Below, in pieces: positions 42,007 through 52,800 of a stretch of DNA of 56,823 bases. Each line of letters opens with the position of its first letter. Positions within the stretch are counted from its first letter, which is position 1. Below the pieces are notes generated by a model that did no database searches, was not told where the DNA came from, and saw nothing but the letters and a program-made list of their open reading frames with translations. The position numbers were made by a program, and so were the translations under genes. This DNA is from Girardia tigrina (taxonomy: Eukaryota). The stretch is taken from positions 76,382 through 133,204 of the forward strand of contig MQRK01254223.1 in NCBI GenBank assembly GCA_001938485.1. Reading direction: 5' to 3'.

Positions 42007-45000
42007 GAATACATTATCAGTCCATCTAAGGAAAACCAAAATATATATATATACATGTATAAATTCATTTGAAGTACTCGAACTTCAAACAACATGAATA
42101 GATGCACTCATTGATTAGTATTGTCCTTCGGTATTATTAAGAGCACCAATGTGGTTTTCACACATTTATTTACTTCACAATTTGAATTGTTTTTCGGACA
42201 ATTCTCAGCAAAACTTTCATTATTTGACATCTCACTAAACTGATAAATTTTTCTTAATGTCTTCTAACAAACAATTATTCGAACAAATTTTCATTTTAAA
42301 TTATTTTCAGATTTTATTTTTACAATTCTATTTTTAAAACACATTTCCATATACTAAACTTAACATACAAAACTCGACATACCAAATTTTAAATAGAAAA
42401 AAAAGAAAATTAGTATTCTTTATTTATCAATAGAGTACATGATATAATTTTGTAACTTTACAAAATAATCTTTATAAGGCTGATATAAAATAAGACTTAC
42501 AATTTTAAAAAAACCTATAACATCATCCTATCAATTTTTTCAGTGCGAGTTCTATGAAACCGCTGTCTTTATTTAAAACTAGTAATTTTTATTAATTAAT
42601 AATTTATACAAAATTGCAATCAATATATTTGTTAAATTAATTGCTGAAAACGGAAAACTGGGTATATTAATATTCGTTAAAATAAATTATAGTAAAAATA
42701 AAATTATATTTAAAAATTATGACGTGACTGTCAATTAAGACTTAAAAAACAAAAAAAAAGTTAATAAATTATTCATTTTTTATAAAACTTTAACGTGATT
42801 TATGAAAAAAAATAATTAATTTCAAATTTTTGTACAGTATTAATCAATAAATAAATAAATATAATAAAACTTCGTTATTACGTTACTTCGGTTTGTACGG
42901 ACAGGAGTTTTTGCTTACGAAATTATAAAAATAAGGTTGTACAAATTAACTTTTCTACCCTCAAAAATTGAAAAAAATATTTAAAAATTTCAAAAAAAAG
43001 TTTTGTTTCAATATGAAGAGCGACCTTAAAGAAACTTAACACATTTAACGCGTGGTACCATGAATAAAAAAAGCTTAACATACATACTTTGCACTTTGTC
43101 AATGTTCCACTTAATCTCATATTCCTCAATGAGATGTTACTTACTTAAATTTGTGGTCTTAGTGTAGACCTCCGCTTCAAAGCACCTCAGAGGATTTAAG
43201 AGCTACATGGTGCGTTCAATAAGTAGTGAGCCTAACATAGAAATAATATTCTGATTCCAATGAATTTTTTTTCATAACAAGCAAGTTATTAAGGTAATAT
43301 TTGTGATATTTGCTTTAATCTATTATTCGTGTTTAGGTTAGAGAGAGCATAAATTCGAAAATGTCATTTCAAAACGTCCCATATCAAAGCGTTATTCGTT
43401 TCTTGTTAATGAAAAGGAAAAGCCGGGAAGAAATATTCGTGGAGCTTAATTCTGTTTATGGCGGAGAGAGTCCGTCCATATCTACTGTCAAACGATGGTT
43501 CAACCATTTTCGAGATGGTCGTACCTCTGTTTTTGATGAAGAAAAGTCAGGTAGGCCACGTGAAATTGGCGAAGAAATAGCGAAAAAACTGAAGAAAATC
43601 GTACAGTGTGAGCGACGAATCACCACCAAAGAACTGACAATGCGATTAAATGTCAGCACACGTACATTACAATCACTGCTTGCGGAAACTGGAATTAGAA
43701 AATTGTGTTCACGCTTCGTGCCACGGTTTTTAACAGTAGACATGAAGAATCGGCGATTGATGTGCTGCCAGGAAAACTTAAACCTCTATGAACGTATTGG
43801 AGACCGCTTCTTACAGAATATTATGACAATGGATGAAGCACCACTTGCCCTTATGTCCCAGAATCAAGACGTGAGTCTAAAGAGTGGAAGCTGCCAGGGT
43901 AAGGGTATTCGAAGAAGATGCGATCATCAAGCTCTCACAAAAAAGCTCTCATCACCACTTTTTGGGATGCAAATGGAATGATCCTCGCTGATTTTGTGGA
44001 AGCTGGTGTTCGTATAAACAGTGAATACTACTCCCGGTTCGTGCTACAGGTCAGAAAGCTGAGAAGGAAGAGCAGAGTTTGTGAGTTATTTTGCAGGACA
44101 ATACACCCATCCATACAAGTGGGCTGTCAATGTCATCAATTGAGAGTTGTGGCCTCACCCTACTCTCTCACCCTCCATACAGCCCGGATCTGGCGCAATC
44201 CGATTATCATCTTTTCAACCACCTCAAGCGAGCTCTCAAGGGTCAACATTTTGCTACGAAAGAAGACTTCTAGGATGTAGTCTCAAATTTCTTGGCTCAA
44301 CGGCCACCGAAATTCTTCGAAAAAGCCTTTCTAGACCTTGTTGTGCGCTGGAAAAAATGTGTTGGTGTGAATGGAGATTTCTTTGAGAAATGATACCTTT
44401 ATAACTTGCTTGTTATGAAAAATAAATTTCATTGGAATCGGATTATTATTTTTATGTTAGGCTCACTACTTATTGAGCGCACCACGTACAACTGGACCAT
44501 GGAAGCACTTCATTGTGTGTTTCCTGGTATGACTACAAATATAATCTTTCCATAAAACTCAGCTCGACTGTTAAAACCATTATGAACCTTAGGTTAAAAG
44601 TATTTCCTCGAAATGGAGTCATTCTTATCACTGTGCCATCGATAATGTGCAACTCAGAAGTACAACTAAACTTTGATACAAAAAAGATCACGGGCTATCT
44701 TTCAATTTATGTTGTTCATATGCGGTAGAAGAGTTTCAATCTTCAGGCGCTGTTGCTTTATTGATAATAAGGCTAATTATTGAGTTACATTATCACTAAT
44801 AAGACAAGCATCAGAACACATAAAATAATAAACATTGGGGGCGAGAGAGATGGTGAGACTGCAAATGTTCATTAAAACATTAATTCACATAGCAATAAGG
44901 TTAATTTTAAAAATATATATTTGCGCTTAGATTATTTTATTATTTTTACTTTTATTAACATTATGATTATTATTCTGACTTGTTATTGATACAAATGTGT

Positions 45001-48000
45001 CGAAATTCATATTGAAAAGTAAACAATTTAAATCTGTGTCAACAAAAGAAGAACAAATATTTCCATTCATTTATTTAGAAAAATATTGATTGAAATTTGT
45101 AAAAAAAGAAGTACCCGATATTTGATGCTTTCGTTTTCCAATTTATCGAAACTGTCGATGGTCAATTTTTCGTTGATCGTATTCGACAATTCCTTGATCA
45201 AGTTCTCCGTTTCCAGTAAATCCATTTCCATTATTGTCAAAGTATTCCTCATTTTGATTTGTTCATGTTCTGTCACAATAAAAAGTACAAAAAAGACAAT
45301 AAAAAATCAATTCTACAGAAGAAATATTATGGAGTAATTAAAAAAAACGGGAATTTAATCTTCTACAGAGAATTGTAAAAATTTAGGTGTAAAAATAAAT
45401 TTTATTTCTTGAAAATTATAAATCAATAATAAGTTGTTTTTTTTTTGTTTGGTTTTTTCTTTGACAAAAATATTTTTGTAAAATTAGTTTAATTATAAAA
45501 TTATAATAAAGGAAAATAATTTTTTGTAAACATTATAAAATTAATAAGAAAAATTTATAAATAAATGAAATATTTTTAAATTTTTAATAACATTGAAATT
45601 TATTATACCTTTAAAAATTATCATTATTTTTATTTATTCATATATATTAATAAAAAATTTTATTAAGAAATAAATTCATTCATTTTAAAATATATTTATA
45701 GACGATATATTTTGATGGATCAAGTGTCATCTATAGGTTACTGATTGTTAATTAGGTTCCATTCCCCTAAAATCAATGTTCAATCGGCAGTCGCAACCAG
45801 CTTATTGAGAGTATCTGATTAACGCGATTTCATTCAATCGATTACATTTGCATTTGTTTGCATTTATTTACAGATGGAATAAATTCTTAATCAGTAACCT
45901 AAACATGACGGTTTAACCATCGAAATATATTGTGTATAAATAAATTTTAAAATGGATGATTTTTTTTGTTAATAAAACATTTTCATCCGGATTAAAGCTT
46001 ATAAATAATTATAAAATTTTATTATAAAAAATCCTAAAAAAAATTTAATAATTAAATTTACAAAAAATATTTTTTTCTAGAAACTATGAATAAAATTCTC
46101 ACCGATAATTTGTAACTGATTTATGACTTTTTGATTCAAATCAGTGATCTGTTTTGTAAATATTTCTTCGTTCAATCTTGAAAGATCGCATTTTACTACT
46201 TGGTAATTGTCAGTAAACTGTTTGAGGAAATTCTTTTTCTCAAGAAATCGATTTCGCAATTCATTAGCATTTTTAATGAGTTTTTCTATACCGGCGACGT
46301 CTGAATTTTATACAAGCATTAATCAATAGGGATATAAAACATTCACATTATATATTAAAATGTCTGTATAGAAAGAAATCATTCCGGAAGAATGAGACGA
46401 GATAGAAAGACCATGGAATCTTTTAGCGCGGTCTCTTTTTCCTGGTCTCATTCTTCGGGTGACCAAAAAAGTTGCATCTGTAATCCGGAAATGTGAGTAA
46501 TCAGATCTTATGCTGTCACTAGAAGCACCCAATCTTCCAAATTGGATGATCCTATAAAATTAATTCTTATAACGAGTACTTAATTTAATTTTTTCCAGAT
46601 CGAGATTTAAATAATTGTTAAATTAAAAAAAGGAATTATTAAAATCTACTTGGATTGAATATTTTTTATCTTTGAAAATTATGATTTTATGATTCAGGTA
46701 AAATAATTACGATTTTTCAAATAGATAATGCAAATATTTTTTGTGAAATTTAGGATTGATATATTTTGGAAAAAAACTACAAATTAAAAAATAAGATTAG
46801 AAATATTTTTTAATTTGGTAAATTTAAGAATCAATAAATAAAAATGAATTGTTAATTAGGTTGTGTAATATCACTTGCATAACAACCAAGCAAGTATAAA
46901 AGAATATTACTGTGCAAGCCTCAAACGGAAGACCTGAAGATGCCTGTGAAGGTGAAACAAGTTGTCAAAAAAAGCTTATATCGATAAATGGCGTTTTTGT
47001 TATTTATTTCCCAAGAATGTATAATATTATCCTTGAAAGACATTCAATATATTTTATTAACATTATAAGATTATTTTTATAAAGATATTTTTTAATCCAA
47101 ATTAAGTAGTTTATAATAAACGGGAGCTCCAGTGCCAAGACAAAGGCGATTCTCGCCGTAAAAAATTGAAATCAACTTATATTTTTCAAAATGACCAAGA
47201 TGCTATGAAAATAATTTTTGATGGGAAAGATATTTTTATAGGCATCTAATTATAAAATATACGCCACATGTCCATTTCAGCTGGACTTAAATCATAATAT
47301 CCTCAGATTAATCTCAGTTTTAGACTTATTTAAAGAAAGCTTGTAAAAAGAACATTGTAAGAAGCCATTACTTTCTAACAGAATTATAAAACATAATAAA
47401 ATTCTGCAAAACATACAAGAACTAGATAAAAAGAAAACTGGCGACTTTTTTACAGTTTAGGGAATTTTAAAATTATGTCAGGAGGCCAGCGAATTCAAGA
47501 TTTGAACCCAGATTTGTAATATCCTTCTTCAATTGTTTAGAATGTCTTAATCTTAACAGTTGTATCAAAATAAGCCGTTCACTGGTGCTCAATTTATCAG
47601 ATCCTTGTTACAAAAGGAATATTGTCAAGAAATGGTTAAGAAACTCGACGATTGATGTTTTAGACTTACATGGGAAAATCTTTTGACATATAAGTTTCAA
47701 CTGAGGACGTTCTTAATGTATTTTAGCTTAAAAACTGAATAAACGATCTGTTATATACGATTTAATATGTGAGAATGAATGTAAGAAATTAGTTTATTTC
47801 TTGCCTAAACGAATGAAATCTTGTTACTAAAGCCTATGGACGTACTTCAGCGTAACATACTTCATATTATATAAGTCGATGTACCCGTTTGAAATTATTG
47901 TGACGTTATGTGAACATTTGTGCATTTTTAAGAAATTATGTATTACTTTTGGCAACATGTGTTTATAAAAAACTGTAACATGAGAGAGAATGAATACATT

Positions 48001-49164
48001 TGGATAATTTAAAATTTTACTGGGAAAGAAATTTTAAGAGGGCATGTAAAATACTTATATATTTGCAACGACTGAACCCATTTTCGGTCATTCGAAAATA
48101 TGGATTACCCTTCGGTATTCCAAACGGTACAATGTCGATTGATAAATAAATCATGAACATGAAAGGAATGTTGAAATAAGGACTTTAGGAAATAATTTCA
48201 CTTAAGAGATTTGTCTTTATTAGTTTTAAAAAGATGAAAACTTCCCTTGTGCTCTAATGCACTATTTTAAACAATCTGAAACTTGGAAACATTAACTGAT
48301 GACCATGAAGAGGCGATTATATTGAGTGTTATATGCTTTCAAATCGGATATATAAATTCCAAATAGATTTCCTTTTTTTTCGAGAACTGTATTCATCTGT
48401 GAACCTTGAAAATATACTATATGAAGTGTCATTATGTGCTGGATAAACTATATACAGTTTCAGTGTGATGAAATCTCATTTGGATAAATGTTGGCCTTAA
48501 GAATGAGTAGGGTACCTCACCTCTGACTAGACAGTTGATGAGTACAAGACACTTTATATATTCACACATATCGGCCGCTGATATACTGACGATAGACTAT
48601 GACCCTCTCGTACTCAAAAAATAAATGTTTACTGTATTACACTTTACCTTAATCATTTTACAGAAACTCTTCATGTTGTAGATTTGATAAAATGGGATAA
48701 TGATTATAATATTTACTATTAATTAATTATTTTCAGTTTGTTGATCTGTCTTTAATATAACACAAAATCTTGTGAAAAGTTTATAGTCCAAATATATGAA
48801 ATAGTTGAATGAATAATACTGTGACAAATATCGGTCGGACTTCGTATTTCTTATATGTACAGAAACACTAATTAAACAAATGTCCATTATTATTAGGAAA
48901 GATTCATGATAAATTTGATGAATATATTAATTTCCATTGGGCAAAATATGATAATTATTCCCATATTAGTTATCAATGTATAATATTGACATCTAAATTT
49001 AGATTACAAATTCATTTGGAAAAGGACTTCTTTCATTTATCCTCTTCATTCACCAAAGGGCCCTTCAAATAATAAACAATTTGTTAATTATGAATTTATA
49101 AATTTTTATATTATGAAGTACTACGATTTGATTTATTAAAGTGAAAAATATGTTTCATTAAATC

Positions 49165-49220
<56 letters not shown>

Positions 49221-49754
49221 CATTGCATGCATAGGGAAGTATATGAATTTTCTTAAATTGAAGTTTAAAATTGAGAAGATCACATTGAGAATGAATGGTT
49301 TTGTAAAAAATTCCTGTTCCAAATATATTCAATAGTTGAATGAAGAATACTATGAGAAAATATTGATCGGACTTGTTTTTTTCCTTGTACAGAAACAATG
49401 ATAAACAAACGTCCATTATTATTAAGAAAAAATTGTGATAAATATACTAATTTTATCAGATATTGATTGTTGTAATGGTGAATCATGGAACGATAGAGGA
49501 TACATATTATTTTCTCCAATGACAATTGATAGTTGTCAATGATTGGTTAATGAGTATAGAATTAATCATAATTACTGGGTTTTTACTAAATTTTAAAAAA
49601 TTATAAATCCAATATCAAATAATTTCTTTGTAAATTATTTATTATATTTCATTTGTTTTTATGTAACATAATCAAAATGTAAATTGACCGGATGATGCTA
49701 TTAAAATATGTCCAAACGCGATGTTTCTGAAATTTCAAGTCTATAATTTATTTT

Positions 49755-49805
<51 letters not shown>

Positions 49806-52800
49806 GCAAACGAAGGTCATTTTTGAATATTAAATTTATTCACAATACACGCGTTTCACTATTTCGGCATCTTCAGTGCAATGAAATAAAGTGATTAATT
49901 ACTGTTTATTTAGTTGAAAAACTATTACATCATACGTCTGAAAAACATGCTTTTTTTTAAAAAAAGTATTTTAATGATATTTAAAAAACTTTAATATGAT
50001 TAAATGAATCACCTTGCACGTTTAAGCATGGTTTATGATGCTTTATTAACAATGCTTCGGCAATAATCCTTTCATAATTTGTGTCAAAATTATTTAAAAT
50101 CTTTATTTTAATCCATAAGATTACCTTTACATCTTTAATATGGCTCAATATTGATAATATTTTTGATAATGTTTTTTATTGATCCATATCTAAAATTAAT
50201 TTTAATAAAACACTTTTTTATTAATTAATTTTGGTTGCAAAGGATAAATTATAACTTTTTACATTGAATGACAAAAGTTACAAAAAAAACTATCTCATTC
50301 CATCTTGAGACAAATCGTTAGGAATTTCATCACTTGATAATAATCTTCAATTTTCTTAGTAAAAAACTGTTTTGAAATGAAATATTTAAGATAATTAAAA
50401 ATTCTCTTTGGGATAAAATAATTTTAAAGCAATAATTAATAAATATAATAATTTAAATTTTTAAAAATTTTATTAATATCATTTGCATTTTATAATCCTA
50501 GAAAATTTGTTTAACCGTTCATTTATTTAATATAATAATTTAGTCTTAATTTTAAACAGAAATAATTTACTTTCTTTTAATTATTTATTTTAATTAATAA
50601 TTTTGATTATTTTGTTGCGTTTCCTTAGCTTATGATTAAAAAGCTTGAATGATTATTTGAAAATTTATTTCAGAAAAGATGAATTGAAAGTTTTGGTCTG
50701 TATCATAACCATAAAGATTCATAGATGTTACTTCTTCAGGTAATAAAGGGATACAAAAAGAAAATAGTTTAATAAGAACATTCAAATGAACTGATTAACT
50801 TTGGAAAATATGTGTAATTTATTTTTATTGATTTAAATAATTTACTCATTGTCGTGTTCCTGATGTCATGGATGATGCCGTTTTGAAGAAAATGTTTGAA
50901 GCAAATCCCAGACTAACAACTGGCAAAATTATCGAAAAACTCGAAGCTATGTCTATCAATAATAGTTTAGCATTAGTCCACGAAACTACAGGAAAATGCA
51001 ATATGTGATGTCTGGAGATCTGAATTTTATTATTGTCTCGGTAAATATAAATCGCAATATTACACAGGATCTTAACTTTCGAGGAAAACGACAGTTACAT
51101 AAAATGACAGTTACCAATGATCTTCACAATGATTATAATACGATTGTGGTTCCAACGCATATGATATATCCAGTCCTAGCACAAAGAAGACTACTGTATC
51201 AGGGTGGTGGTTTGGTTAAGCTAATCATTCACTAACTAAGTTTAAATTCAGAAAAAAATGGTTTGAAAATAATGCTTTGTACTCAAAAGGGGTTATTCAA
51301 ATGCTGATTTTACTCAATAAATAAATGAGCTTATTATACTCTTCTTAATTACTCAGTACATTTTATTCTGCTTATTAAAAACGCAAAACTCTTCTTGGGA
51401 AACCATTTATTTGAAAACAATATAATGTAACGACAAATTTTAATTAATCCGCCTATACAAACTGATTATTAAAAAAAATACAAATATTTGTCATATATTC
51501 AATATATCAAAAATTTTTAATTAAAATCGTAGTACAAGTATTTAAATTAAACGAGAGAGAGCAACATACTTAACAAATTTCAATCAATATAAAATAATTA
51601 TCAGACAATCCCCTCACAACTATTATACCAGGTTGAACAGACTACAACATTTTCTTTAATGAAAACTCATTTGAATGCATATTTAATAGAAAAAACAGTA
51701 CAATCAGGAAGACCAAGTGAAATTAATTTTTAAGGCATTAATCAACACGAACTCTGCAAAACGTTTTCAAAAAGTATTTAATTTACTTGTCTCACTTTGG
51801 TGTTAGACGAAGAAACTTTCTATCAGTTCTGCATTTTTCTTTGAGCAATAAATATTTCCTTTGCTCTAACGTAATATAATTATTAACATTTTCAGATAAT
51901 TTAATTTTAATTAGCTTATATTATTATTTTACCTGTGATCCTAAATAGGTATTTTGTTTCAGGTAAATATGAAAAAAAAATTGAAATTTATATAATAATT
52001 TAATAGTAATAATAAGAAAAAAATTTTAAAAATTATGACAAAAATTTATTATTAAAACGAACGCAAAACTGATGCGATTATTGATAAGTCAACTGTACTT
52101 TTGCACTAAAATGCCTATTCAAAATCGTTTCTTGAGAAATTAACTATAGACAAATTAAATAATAAAATGTCTACGCCAAACCAAGATAAATGGCCTAATG
52201 GATACTCAAATATTGAATACATGTAACTTGTCCCTTATTTGGAGGGTCATGAAATATTTAAATCTTCAATTTGGAAATCAATCGATTATAAATCCATAAA
52301 TCCATAATTAATATCCAAAACGTACAAAATTGAAAGTAACAAGTCGCAAATTCATTTGATTTTATGTTTTAATATTTCAGGACATTGAAGTCTGTAAGTC
52401 GGGTGTGAAAATAACTTGATTACAAAATCATCATTTAAGACAACAGAATTATTCTCAATTCTTGCCTGATAATGGTGAATATTCCGCTGAAATATATAGC
52501 ATCAATAAATTCTGACAATTTAAATTAAAATCTTCAGTCTTCTTGTAACAAAAGGGTTACAGATCATCGAACTGTTTCTTCCACTATTTTCAATATCACG
52601 TCTCGGCCATAAAAGGACAAAATATACCTATCAGTACAAACCCCTAAAACGTCCATCGTCTCAGTATTATGGTGACAAATATTTAATAAAAATATGGAAA
52701 CATTAAGCCTATACAAATATTATTATTATTAATGTCGGATACTAACCAAAAGTAGAGATATTCCATTTACGTGTATTATTCGACCAGTTATTTATTTTAC

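Noticed and set aside
41860-42041. Perfect ~45-bp inverted repeat around an N gap
   Set aside because: Embedded in (TA)n and flanking a gap; most likely an orientation artefact of assembly.
46323-46551. GC-richer ORF just upstream of dystrophin exon 46103-46300 as an extra or alternative exon
   Set aside because: The available donors are phase 0 whereas the next exon needs phase 1, and other frames contain stops; it cannot be placed without transcript data.
51590-51945. Apparent small exons or an 8-nt microexon on the minus strand
   Set aside because: The splice combinations I tried hit stops; residual peptides look more like a decayed mariner.
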